DNA of 64,000 nt from Chiloscyllium plagiosum. Taxonomy: Eukaryota. How positions within the stretch are numbered: position 1 is the stretch's first letter; each line of letters begins with the position of its first letter. The translations under genes and the position numbers were made by a program. Where the stretch lies: positions 2,415,474-2,479,473 of the forward strand of contig NC_057755.1 in assembly GCF_004010195.1 (NCBI RefSeq), written 5' to 3'. Below the pieces are notes generated by a model. That model was given only the letters and a program-made list of their open reading frames with translations. It made no database searches and had not been told where the DNA came from. This document shows positions 22,901-36,000 of this stretch, piece after piece.

Positions 22901-25900
22901 CTGAACAATGGGGACATTAGACTGAGTCCACCTTGTCACTGTCACTGACCCTTGGGGGTATTGACTGACCCCACTGTGTCACTGCCACTGAACCCTGGGG
23001 TCATTAAACTTACCCCATTGTGTCTCTGTCACTGACCCCTGGGGGCATTTGACTGACCCCACTGTGTCTCTCTCACTGAAATCTGGTGACATTAAACTGA
23101 CCCTACTGTGTCTCTGTCACTGACCCCTGGGGAAATTAAACTGACCCCACCGTGTCTCTGTCACGGGCCTCTGGGGACATTACACTGACCCCACTGTGTC
23201 ATTGTCACTGTCCCCTGGGGGTATTACACTGACCCCACTGTGTCTCTGTCACGGGCCTCTGGGGACATTACACTGACCCCACTGTGTCATTGTCACTGTC
23301 CCCTGGGGGTATTACACTGACCCCACTGTGTCTCTGTCACTGACCCCTGGGGACATTAGACTGACCCCATTGTGTCTCTGTCACTGACCCCTGGGGACAT
23401 TAAACTGACCCCGTTGTGTCTCTGTCACTGAACAATGGGGACATTAGACTGAGTCCACCTTGTCACTGTCACTGACCCTTGGGGGTATTGACTGACCCCA
23501 CTGTGTCTCTGTCACAAACCACTGGGGACATTAGACTGACCCCACTGTGTCTCTATCACTGACCCCCGCGGTCATTAAACTGACCACACTGTGTCTCTGT
23601 CACTGAACCCTGGTAACATTAGATTGACCACACTGTGCCTCTGTCATTGACCCCTGGGGACATTAGACTGACCCCACTGTTTCTCTGTCATTGACCNNNN
23701 NNNNNNNNNNNNNNNNNNNNNNNNNNNNNNNNNNNNNNNNCCCCCGGGGATATTAAACCAAACCCACTGTGTCTCTGACACTGCACCCTAGGTACATTAG
23801 ACTGACCCCACTGCGTCTCTGTCACTGACCCTTGGGGACATTAGACTGAGCCCACTGTGTCTCTATCATTAACGCCTGGGGTCATTAGACTAACCCCACT
23901 GTGTCTCTGTCACTGAACCCTGGGGACATTAGATTGACCTCACTGTGTTTCTGTCTCTGACCTCTGGGGATATTAGACTGACCCCAATGTGTCTCTGTCA
24001 TTGACCCCTGGGGGAATTAGATTGACCCCACTGTGTCTCTGTCACTGACCCCGGGGACATTAGACTGAACGCACTGTGTCTCTGTACTGACCCCTTGGGA
24101 CATTAGCCTGACCCCACTGTGACTCTGTCACTGACCTCTGGAGACATTAGACTGACCCCACTCTGTCCCTGTTACGGACCCCTGGGGACATTAGTCCGAC
24201 CACACTGTGTCTCTGTCACTGACCCCTGGGGACATTTGACTGACACCACTGTGTACCTGTCAATGACCCCTGGGGGCATTAGACTGACCCCACTATGTCT
24301 CTGCCACTGACCCGTGGGGACATTAGAATGACCCAACTGTGTCTCAGTCACTTACCTCTGAGAACATTAGACTGACCCCACTCTGTCCTTGTTACGGACC
24401 CCTGGGGGTATTAGAATTTTCCCAATGTATCTCTGTCACTGACCGCTGGGGACATTGGACTGACTCCACTGTGTCTTTGACACTGACTCCTGGGGACATT
24501 AGTCCGTCCCCACTGTGTACCTGTCAATGACCCTGGGGGCATTAGACTGACCCTACTATGTCTCTGCCACTGACCCCTTTGGACATTAGACTGACCCAAC
24601 TATGTCTCAGTCACTGACCCCTGGGGACATTTTACTGACCCCACTTTGACTCTGTCACTGAGCCCTCAGGACATTAATCTGACCCCATTGTGCCTCTGTA
24701 ACTGATCCCTGTGGACATTAGACTGACTCCACTGTGTCACTGTCACTGACACCTGGGAGTATTAGACTGACCCCACTGTATCGCTGTCACTGATCCCTGG
24801 GGATATTAAACTGACCCTACTGTGTCTCTGTCATTGACCCCTGGGGGTATTAGACTGACCCCACTGTATCACTGTCACTGATCCCTGGGGACATTAAACT
24901 GACACTACTGTGTCTCTGTCATTGACCCCTGGGGGTATTTTACTGACCCCACTGTGTCTCAGTCACTAACCCCTTGGGACAATACACTGACTCTACTGTG
25001 TCTCTGCCACTGACCCCTGCGGACATTATACTGACCCTTCTGTGTCTCTGTCATTGATACCTGGGGGCATTTGATTGACTCCACTGTGTCACTGTCACCT
25101 GGGGGTATTAGACTGACCCCACTGTATCACTGTCACTGATCCCTGGGGACATTAAACTGACACTACTGTGTCTCTGTCATTGACCCCTGGGGGCATTTTA
25201 CTGACCCCACTGTGTCTCTGACCCTAATCCCTGGGGACATTAGACTGATCCATTGTGTATCTGTCACTGACACCGGGGGACATTAGACCGACCACACTTT
25301 GTCTCTGTCACTGACCCCTGGGTACATTAGCTTGAACCCACTGTGTCCCTGTCACTGACACCTGGGCACGTCAGATTGACCCCACTGATTCCTACCCCAC
25401 TGAGTACTGGGGACATTAGACCGACCACACTGTGTCTCTGTAACTGACAACTGGGGACATTAGACTGACCTCACTGTGGCTCTTTCTTTGACCCCTGGGG
25501 GTATCAGCCTGAACCCACTGTGTCTGTGTCACTGACCGCTGGAGACATTAGACTGACCCCACGATGTCTCTGTCACTGACACCTGGGGACATGAGACTGA
25601 CCCCACGATGTCTCTCTCACTGTCCCCTGGGGACATTAGACTGACCCCATTGTGTCTCTGTCACTGTCTCCTGGGGACATTCGACTGACCCCACTGTGTA
25701 CCTGTCACTGACCCCTGGAGTCATTTAGACTGACCCCACTGTGTCTCTGTCATTGTCCACTGGGGACATTTGACTCGCCCACTGTGTCTCTGTCACTGAC
25801 CCCTGGTGACATTAGACTGACCTCATTGTGTCTCTGTCATTGACCCCTGGGGACGTTAGACTGACCCCACTGTGTCTCTGTCACTGACACCTGTGGGCAT

Positions 25901-26280
25901 GAGACTGACCCCACTGTGTCCCTGCCAGTGACCCCTGGGGATATTAGACTGACCCCACTGATTCTGTGTCACTGAACCTTGGGGACATTAGACTGACCCC
26001 ACTGTGTCTCTGTCCCTGACCCCTGGGGGCATTAGACTGACCCCACTGTGTCCCTGTCACTGTCCCCTTGGGACATTAGACTGACCTCACTCTGTCTCTG
26101 TCACTGACCCCTGGGGTCATTAGACTGACCTTATTGTGTCTCTGTCACTGACCCCTGTGTACATTAGACTGATCCCACGGTGAGTCTGTCACTGACCCCT
26201 GTGGGCATTAGACTGACCCCACTGTGTCTCTGTTACTGTCCTCTGGGGGCATTAGACTGATCCCACTGTGTCTCTGTCAC

Positions 26281-26419
26281 AGACCCAGTCACTATTGTCC
26301 TGGAGGGTCCATCTCTCACTATGAACAGGCAACTGGCAGTGAGTTTTACTTGGGGGGTCCACCACAGTGTTGGGAAGGCAGGACCTTCTGGTGACCTCGG
26401 CTGGTATGGGGTTACACAG
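26281..26419 (-). mobile_element. Non-satellite segment, probable decayed SINE remnant; mirrored at 26931-27069
   Basis: Resembles, from memory, a shark tRNA-SINE body (ggcaactgg...gaaggcaggaccttc...acctcggctggt). It differs by 2 substitutions from its inverted copy. Confidence 0.4.
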
Positions 26420-27069
26420 NNNNNNNNNNNNNNNNNNNNNNNNNNNNNNNNNNNNNNNNNNNNNNNNNNNNNNNNNNNNNNNNNNNNNNNNNNNNNNNNN
26501 NNNNNNNNNNNNNNNNNNNNNNNNNNNNNNNNNNNNNNNNNNNNNNNNNNNNNNNNNNNNNNNNNNNNNNNNNNNNNNNNNNNNNNNNNNNNNNNNNNNN
26601 NNNNNNNNNNNNNNNNNNNNNNNNNNNNNNNNNNNNNNNNNNNNNNNNNNNNNNNNNNNNNNNNNNNNNNNNNNNNNNNNNNNNNNNNNNNNNNNNNNNN
26701 NNNNNNNNNNNNNNNNNNNNNNNNNNNNNNNNNNNNNNNNNNNNNNNNNNNNNNNNNNNNNNNNNNNNNNNNNNNNNNNNNNNNNNNNNNNNNNNNNNNN
26801 NNNNNNNNNNNNNNNNNNNNNNNNNNNNNNNNNNNNNNNNNNNNNNNNNNNNNNNNNNNNNNNNNNNNNNNNNNNNNNNNNNNNNNNNNNNNNNNNNNNN
26901 NNNNNNNNNNNNNNNNNNNAACAGCAGGGGCTGTGTAACCCCATACCAGCCGAGGTCACCGGAAGGTCCTGCCTTCCCAACACTGTGGTGGACCCCCCAA
27001 GTAAAACTCACTGCCAGTTGCCTGTTCATAGTGAGAGATGGACCCTCCAGGGCAATAGTGACTGGGTCT

Positions 27070-30000
27070 GTGACAGAGACACAGTGGGATCAGTCTAATG
27101 CCCCCAGGGGACAGTGACAAGGACACAGTGGGGTCAGTCTAATGCCCCCAGGGGACAGTAACAGAGACACAGTGGGGTCAGTCTAATGCCCACAGGTGTC
27201 AGTGACAGAGACTCAGTGGGATCAGTCTAATGTACACAGGGGTCAGTGACAGAGACACAATAAGGTCAGTCTAATGTCCCCAGGGGTCAGTGACAGAGAC
27301 AGAGTGAGGTCAGTCTAATGTCCCCAGGGGACAGTGACAGGGACACAGTGGGGTCAGTCTCATGCCCACAGGTGTCAGTGACAGAGACACAGTGGGGTCA
27401 GTCTAACGTCCCCAGGGGTCAATGACGGAGACACAGTGAGGTCAGTCTAATGTCACCAGGGGTCAGTGAGAGAGACACAGTGGGCGAGTCAAATATCCCC
27501 AGTGGACAATGACAGAGACACAGTGGGGTCAGTCTAAATGACTCCAGGGGTCAGTGACAGGTACACAATGGGGTCAGTCTAATGTCCCCAGGGGACAGTG
27601 AGAGAGACAGAGTGGAGTCAGTCTAATGTCCCCAGGTGTCAGTGACAGAGACACAGTGGGGTCAGTCTAATGTCCCCAGGGGTCAGTGACAATGACACAG
27701 TGGGGTCAGTCTAATGTCCCCAGGGATCAGTGATAGTGTCAAAGTGGGGTCAGTCTAATGTCCTCAGGGGTCAGTGACAGAGACACAGTGGGGTCAGTCT
27801 AATGCCCCCAGGTGTCCGTGACAGAGACACAGTGGGGTGAGTCAAATATCCACAGGGGTCAGTGACAGAGACATAGTGGGGTCAGTCGAATATCCGCAGG
27901 GGTCAATGACAGAGACACAGTGGGCTCAGTGTAATGTCTCTCGGGGTCTGTCAATGAGACACAGTGGGTTCAGAGTAATGTCCCCAGTGATCAATGACAG
28001 AGACAAAGTGGGATCAGTCTAATATCCCCAGGGGTCAGTGACAGAGACACATTGGGGTCAATCTAATGTCCCCAGGGATCAGTGACAGAGACACAGTGGG
28101 GTCAGTCTAATGTCCCCAGTTGTCAGTTACAGAGACACAGTGTGGTCGGTCTAATGTCCCCAGGGGTCAGTGACAGAGACACCGTGTGGTCAGTCTACTG
28201 TCCCCATGGGTCAGTGACAGAGACACAGTGGGATCAGTCTAATGTCCCCAGGGCTTAGTGACATAGACACAGTGGGGTCAGTGTAATGACCACAGTGGTC
28301 AGAGACAGAGTGGGGTCAATCTAATGTCCCCAGGGGTCAGTGATTGAGATATAGTGGGGTCAGTCTAATTTCCCTGGAGTTAGTGGCAGAGACACAGTGG
28401 GGTCAGTCTAATGCCCCCAGTGGTTAGTGATAGAGACACAGTGGGGTCAATCTAATATACCCAGAGGTCAGTGACAGAGACACAATGGGTTCTGTCTAAT
28501 ATCCCCAGGGGCAAATGACAGAGACACAGTAGGGTCAGTCTAATGCGCCCAGGGGTCAATGACAGAGACATAGTATGGTCAGCTTAATGTCCCCAGGGGT
28601 CAGTGACAGAGACACAGTGGAGTCTGTGTAATGTCCCCAGGGGTCAGTCTAATGTCTCCAGCGGTCAGTGACAGAGACACAGTGGGTTCAGGCTGATACC
28701 CCCAGGGGTCAGTGATAGAGCCACAGTGAGGTCTGTCTAATGTCCCCAGGGGTCAGTGACAGAGACACAGTGGGGACTGTCTAATGTCCCCAGGGGTCAG
28801 TGACAGAGTTAAAGTGGGCTCAGTATAATGTCCGCAGAGGTTAGTGACAGAGACACAGTGGGGTCAGTCTAATGTCCCCAACGTTCAGTGACAGAGACAT
28901 AGCGGGATCAGTCTAATGCCCACAGGGTAAGTGACAGAGATACAGTGGGGTCAGTCTAATGCCCGAGGGGTCAGTGACAGAGACACAGTGAGGTCAGTCT
29001 AATATACCCAGGGGTCAATGGCAGATACACAGTGGTGTCATTTTAATGTCCCCAGGGGTCAGTGACAGAGACAAAGTGGGGACGGTCTAATGTCCCTCGG
29101 GTTCAGTGACAGAAACAGAGTGGGGTAGGTCTAATGCTCCCAGGTGAGTAACAGGGACACAGTGGGGTCAGTTTAATGTCCCCAGGGGTCAGTGACAGAG
29201 ACTCAGTGGGGTCTGTGTAATGTCCCCAGGGGTCAGTCTAATGTCCCCAGCGGTCAGTGACAGAGACACAGTGGGGTCAGTCTAATGTTCCCAGGGATCA
29301 GTGACAGAGTTAAAGTGGGGTAGGTCTAATGCCCCCAGGTGAGTAACAGGGACACAGTGGGGTCAGTTTGATGTCCCCAGGGGTCAGTGACAGACACTCA
29401 GTGGGGTCAATCTAACGTGCCCAGGTGTCAGTGACAGGGACACAGTGGGTTCAAGCTAATGTTCCTAGGGGCCAGTGACAGAGACAAAGTGTGGTCGGTC
29501 TAATGTCCCCCGGTGTCAGTGACAGATACACAATGGATCAGTCCAATGTACCTAGCGGTTAGGGTCAGAGACACAGTAGGGTCAGTAAAATGCCCCCTGG
29601 GGTCAATGACAGAGACACAGTAGTGTCAGTTTAATGTCCCAAGGGATCAGTGACAGTGATACAGTGGGGTCAGTCTAATACCCCCAGGGGTCAATGACAG
29701 AGACACAGAAGGGTCAGTTTAATGTCCGCAGGGGTCAGTGGCAGAGACACAGTGGAGTCAGTGTATTGTCCCAAGGGGTGAGTGACTGAGACACAGTGGG
29801 GTCAGTAAAATGCTCCCAGGGGTCAATGACAGAGACACAGTAGGGTCAGTTTAATGTCCCCAGGGATCAGTGACAGCGATATAGTGGGGTCAGTCTAATA
29901 CCCCCACCTGTCAGTGACAGTGACACAGTGGAGTCAGTCTAATGTCCACAGGGACCAGTGACAGAGGCACAATGGGGTCAGATTAATGTCTTGAGGGCTC

Positions 30001-33000
30001 AGTGACAGAGTCAAAGTGGGGTCAGTAAAATGTCCCCAGGGGTCAGTGACTGAGACATAGTTTGGTCAGTCTAATGTCCAAAGGGGTCAGTGGCAGAGAC
30101 ACAGTGGAGTCAGTGTATTGTCCCAAGGGGTTAGTGACTGAGACACAGTGGGGTCAGTAAAATGCTCCCAGGGGTCAATGATAGAGACACAGTAGGGTCA
30201 GTTTAATGTCCCCAGGGATCAGTGACAGCGATACAGTGGGGTCAGTCTAATACCCCCATGTGTCAGTGACAGTGACACAATGGAGTCAGTCTAATGTCCA
30301 CAGGGACCAGTGACAGAGGCACAATGGGGTCAGATTAATGTCTTGAGGACTCAGTGACATAGTCAAAGTGGGGTCAGTAAAATGTCCCCAGGAGTCAGTG
30401 ACTGAGACATAGTTGGGTCAGTCTAATGTCCAAAGGGGTCAGTGGCAGAGACATATTAGGGTCAGTCTAATGCCCCCAGGGGTCATTGACAGGTACACAG
30501 TGGGGTCGGAATAATGTCCCCAGGGGTCAGTGTCAGAGACACAGTGGAGTCAGTCCAATGTCCCCAGCGGTCAGTGACAGAGACACAGTGGGGAAATTCT
30601 AATACCCCCAGGGGTCCGTAACAAGGACAGAGTGGGGTCAGTCTAATGTTCCCAGAGGTAAGTGACTGAGACACAGTTGGGTCATTCTAATGTCCCCAGG
30701 GGTCAGTGGCAGAGACATAGTTGGGTCAGTCTAATGCCCCCAGGGGTCATTGACAGAGACACAGTGTGGTCGGACTAACGTCTCCAGGGGTCAGTGTCAG
30801 AGACACAATTGGGTCAGTCTAATGCCCCCAGGTGTCATTAACAGAGACACAGTGGGGAAAGCCGAATACACCCAGGGGTCCGTAACAGGGACAGAGTGGG
30901 GTCAGTCTAATGTCTCCAGAGGTCAGTGACAGAGACACAGTGGGGTCAGGCTAATGTCCCAAGGGGTCAGTACAGAGACACAGTGCGTTTGGTCTAATGT
31001 CCCCGGGGTCAGTGACAGAGATACAGTGGGGTCAGTCTAATTTCCATAGGGGTCAGTGACAGAGACACAGTGGGCTCAATCAAATTCTCCCAGGGGTCAA
31101 TGACAGAGACACATTGGGGTCAGTCTAATATCCCCAGGGGTCAGAGACAGAGACACAGTGGGGTCAATCTAATGTCTCCAGGGTTCAGTGACAGAGACAC
31201 AGTGTGGTCAGTCTAATGTGCCCAGTTGTCAGTGACAGAGACACAGTGTGGTTGGTCTAATGTCCCCAGGGGTCAGTGACAGAGACACAGTGGGGTTAGT
31301 CTAATGTCCCCAGGGGTTAGTAATGGAGACACAGTGGGGTCTGTTTAAAGTCCCCAGGGATAAGTGACAGAGACACAATGGGGTCAGTCTAATGCCTCCA
31401 GTGGTCAGTGACAGAGACAAAGTGGGGTCAATCTAATGTCCCAAGGGGACAGTGACAGAGACACATTGGCTTCGGTCTAATGTACTCAGGTGTCAGTGAC
31501 GGATACTCAATTGAACAGTCTAATATCCCCACGGTATAGTGACTGAGACACAGTGGGATCAGTCTAATACCCCCAGGTGTCAGTGACAGAGACACAGTTG
31601 GGTCTGTCAAATGCCCCCAGGGGTCAATGACAGAGACACAGTGGGGTCAGTTTAATGTCCCCAGGGCTCAGTGACAGAGAGACCGTGAAGTCAGTGTAAT
31701 GTCCCCAAGGGTCAGTGTCAGAGACACAGTGGGGTCAGTAAAATGCCCCCTGGGGTCAATGACAGAGACACAATAGGGTCAGTTTAATGTCCCCAGGGGT
31801 CAGTGACAGTGACACAGTGGGGTCAGTGTAATGTCCCCTGGGGTTAATGACAGAGGCACAGTGGTGGCAGTCAAAGGCCGCCAGGGATTGATGACATAGA
31901 CACAGTAGTGTCAGTTTAATGCCCCCAGGGCTCAGTGACAGAGACACATTGGAGTCAGTTTAATGTCCACAGGGGTCAGTGGCAGAGACACAATGGGCTC
32001 AGTTTAATGTCCCCAGGGATAAGTGACAGAGACACAGTGGGGTCAGTCTAATGTCCCCAGGGGTCAATGACAGAGACACAGTGGGCTCAGTCTGATGTCC
32101 CCAGGGGTCAGTGACAGAGACACAGTGCGATCAGTCTAATGTCCCCAGGGGTCAATGACAGAGACACATTGGGGTCAGTCTAATATCCCCAGGGGTCAGA
32201 AACAGAGACACAGTGGGGTCAATCTAATGTCCCCAGGTTCAGTGACAGAGACACAGTGGGGTCAGTCTAATGTCCCCAGTTGTCAGTGACAGAGACACAG
32301 TGGGGTCAGTCTAATGTCCCCAGAGGTTAGTGATGGAGACACAGTGGGGTCTGTTTAAAGTCCCCAGGGCTAAGTGACAGAGACACAGTGGGGTCAGTCT
32401 AATGCCTCCAGTGGCCAGTGACAGAGACACAGTGGGGTCAATCTAATGACCCCAGGGGACAGTGTCAGAGACACAGTGGGGTCGGTCTAATGGCCCCAGG
32501 TGTCAGTAACAGATACACAATGGATCAGTCTAATGTCCCCAAGGTACAGTGACTGAGGTACAGTGGGGTCAGTCTAATGTCCCCAGTTGTCAGTGACAGA
32601 GACACAGTGGGGTCAGTCTAATGTCCCCAGAGGTTAGTGATGGAGACACAGTGGGGTCTGTTTAAAGTCCCCAGGGCTAAGTGACAGAGACACAGTGGGG
32701 TCAGTCTAATGCCTCCAGTGGTCAGTGACAGTGACACAGTGGGGTCAATCTAATGACCCCAGGGGACAGTGTCAGAGACACAGTGGGGTCGGTCTAATGC
32801 CCCCAGGTGTCAGTAACAGATACACAATGGATCAGTCTAATGTCCCCAGGGCTAAGTGACAGAGACACAGTGGGGTCAGTCTAATGCCTCCAGTGGTCAG
32901 TGACAGAGACACAGTGGGGTCAATCTAATGACCCCAGGGGACAGTGTCAGTGACACAGTGGGGTCAGTTAAATGTTCCCAGGGGTCAGTGACAGAGAGAC

Positions 33001-36000
33001 AGTGGAGTCAGTCTAATGTCCCCAGTGGTCAGTGACCGAGAGACAGTGGGGACAGTCTAATGTCCCCAGGGCTCAATGACAGGGACACAGTAGAGTCAGT
33101 TTACTGTCCTCAGGGGTCAGTGACAGAGACATAGTGGGGCCAGTCTAATTCCCCCAGGGGTCAGTGACAGAGACACAGTAGGGTCAGTCTTAAGACTCCA
33201 GCGGTCAGTGACATAGCCACAATGGAGTCAGTCTAATGCCCCCAGGGGTCAGTAACAGGGACAGAGTGGGGTCAGTCTAATGTCCTCAGAAGTCAGTGAC
33301 AGAGACACAGTGGGGTCATTCTAATATCCCTAGGTGTCAGTGACAGAGACATAGTGGGTTTGGTCTAATGTCCCTAGGGGTCAGTGACAGTCACAGTGGA
33401 GTCAGTCTAATGCCACCAGGGGTCAATGACAGAGTCACAGTGGAGTCAGTCTAATATCCCCAGGGTTCAGTGACAGAGACACAGTGGGGTCAATCTAATG
33501 TCCCCAGGGTTCAGTGACAGAGACACAATGGGGTCAGTCTAATGTCCCCAGTAGTCAGGAACAGAGACACACTGTGGTTGGTCTAATGCCCCCAGATGTC
33601 AGTGACAGAGGCACAGTAGGCTCAGTCTAATGTCTCCAGGTGTCAGTGACAGAGACACAGTGGAGTCAGTCTAATGTCTTCAGGGGTCAATGACAGAGAC
33701 ACAGTATGGTTGGTCTAATGTCCTCAGGGTTCACTGAAAGAGACACAGTGGGATCAGTCTAATGCCCCCAGTGGTTAGTGACCGAGACACAATGGGGTCA
33801 ATCTAATGTCCCCAGGGGTCAGTGACAGAGTCGATCTGATGTCCCCCGGGATCAGTGACAGATACAGAATGGGTCAGTCTAATGTCCCCAGGGGTCTGGG
33901 ACTGAGACACAGTGGGGTCAGTCTAATGTCGCCAGGGGTCAGTGACAAAGAGACAGTGGGGTCAGTCTAATGCCCCCAGGGGTCAGTGACAGAGACACAG
34001 TAGAGTCAGTGCAATGTCCCCAGGGGTCTGTGACAGAGACACAGTGGGGTCAGTCAAATGCCGCCGGGGTCAATGACCAAGACATAGTAGGGTCAGCTTA
34101 CGGCCCCCAGAGGTCATTGACAGAGACACAATGGGGTCAGTTTCATGCCCCAGCAATCAGTTTCAGTGACACAGTGGGGTCAGTCTAATGTCCGCAGGGG
34201 ACAGTGAGAGAGACACAGTGGGTTCAGTCTAAATGTCCCCAGGGGTCAGTGACAGGTACACAGTGGGGTCAGTCTAATGCCCCCAGGGGTCAGAGACAAG
34301 TACACAGCGGAGTCAGTCTAATTCCCCCAGGGGTCAGTGACAGAGACACAGTGGGGTCAGTCTAATGTCCCCAGGGGTCAGTGACTGAAACACAGTTGGG
34401 TCAGTTTAATGTCCCCAGAGGTCAGTGACAGATGCACAGTTGGGTCAGTCTAATGTCCCCGGGTTCAGTGACACAGACACAGTGGGATCCGTCTAATGTC
34501 CCCAGGAGTCAGTGACAGGGTCAAAGTGGGGTCAGTATAATGTCCCCAGGGGTCAGTGACAGAGACGCAGTCGAGTCAGTCTAATGTCCCCAGTGGTCAG
34601 TGACAGAGACATAGTGTGGTCAGTCTAATGCCCCTAGGGGTCACTGACATGTACACTGTGGGTCAGTCTAATGCCCCCAGGTGTCGGTGACAGAGACACA
34701 GTGGGGTCGGTCTAATGTCCCCAGGGGTCAGTAACAGAGACAGAGTGGGGTCAGTGTAATGTCCCCAGGGGTCAGTGAGAGAGACACAGTGGGATCAGTC
34801 TAGTACACCGGGGTCAGTAACAGGGACAGAGTGGGGTCAGTCTAATGTCCCCAGAGGTTAGTGACGTAGACACAGTGGGGTCAGTCTAATGCCCACATGG
34901 ATCAGTACCAGGGACACAGTGAGGTCAGTCTGATGCCACCAGGGGTCAGTACCAGGGACACAGTGGCGACAGTCTAATGTCCTCAGGGGTCAGTGACAGA
35001 GACACAGTGGGGTCAGTCTAATGTCCCCAGGCGTCAGTGGCAGAGACATAGTGGGGTCAGTTTAATGCCCCCAGGTGTCAGTGACAGGAACACAGTGGTG
35101 TCAGTCTAATGCCCCCAGGGGTCAGTGACAGAGACTCAGTGGGGTCGGACTAATATCCCCAGTGGTCAGTTGCAGGGACGCTGTCAGGACAGTGTAATAT
35201 TCCCAGGGGTCAGAGACAGAGACACAGTGTGGTCAGTCTAATGTCCCCAGGGGTCAGTGACAGAGACACAGTGGGTTCAGTCTAAAGTCCTCAGTGGTCA
35301 GTGACAGAGACACATTCGGGTCAGTCTAACGTCCCCAAGGGTCAATGACAGAGACACAATGGTGTCAGTCGAATGTCCCAAGATGTCAGTAACAGAGACA
35401 CAGTTTGGTTGGTCTAATGTCCCCAGAAGTCCGTGAAAGAGACACAGTGGGGTCAGTCTAATGTCCCCAGGGGTTAGTGACAGAGACACAGTGGGGTCAG
35501 TCTAATGCCCCCAGTGGTTAGTGACAGAGACACAATGGGGTTAATGTAATGTCCCCAGGGGTCTGTGACAGAGACACAATGGGGTCGGTCTAATGTTCCC
35601 AGGGGTCAGTGACAGATACAGAATGGATCAGTCTAATGTCCCCAGGGGTCTGGGACTGAGACACAGTGGGATCAGTCTAATGTCGCCAAGGGTCAGTGAC
35701 AGAGACACAGTGGGGTCAGTCAAATGCCCCCAGGGGTCAGTGACCAAAACACAGTAGGTCACCTTACGGCCCCCGGTGGTCAGTGACGGAGACACAATGG
35801 GGTCAGTTTCATGCGCCAGCAATCAGTTTCAGTGACACAGTGGAGTAAGTCTAATGTCCCCAGGGGACAGTGAGAGAGACACAGTGGGTTCAGTCTAAAT
35901 GTCCCCAGGGGTCAGTGACAGGTACACAGTGGGGTCAGTCAAATTCCCCCAGGGGTCAGTGACAAAGACAGAGTGGGTTCAGTCTAATGTCCCCAGCGGA

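Larger units (their letters stand above)
16100..26280 (+). repeat. 44-bp tandem satellite, consensus GGGGACATTAGACTGACCCCACTGTGTCTCTGTCACTGACCCCT
   Basis: Continuous diverged 44-bp periodicity over about 10 kb, interrupted by N gaps and TE inserts. Confidence 0.97.
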
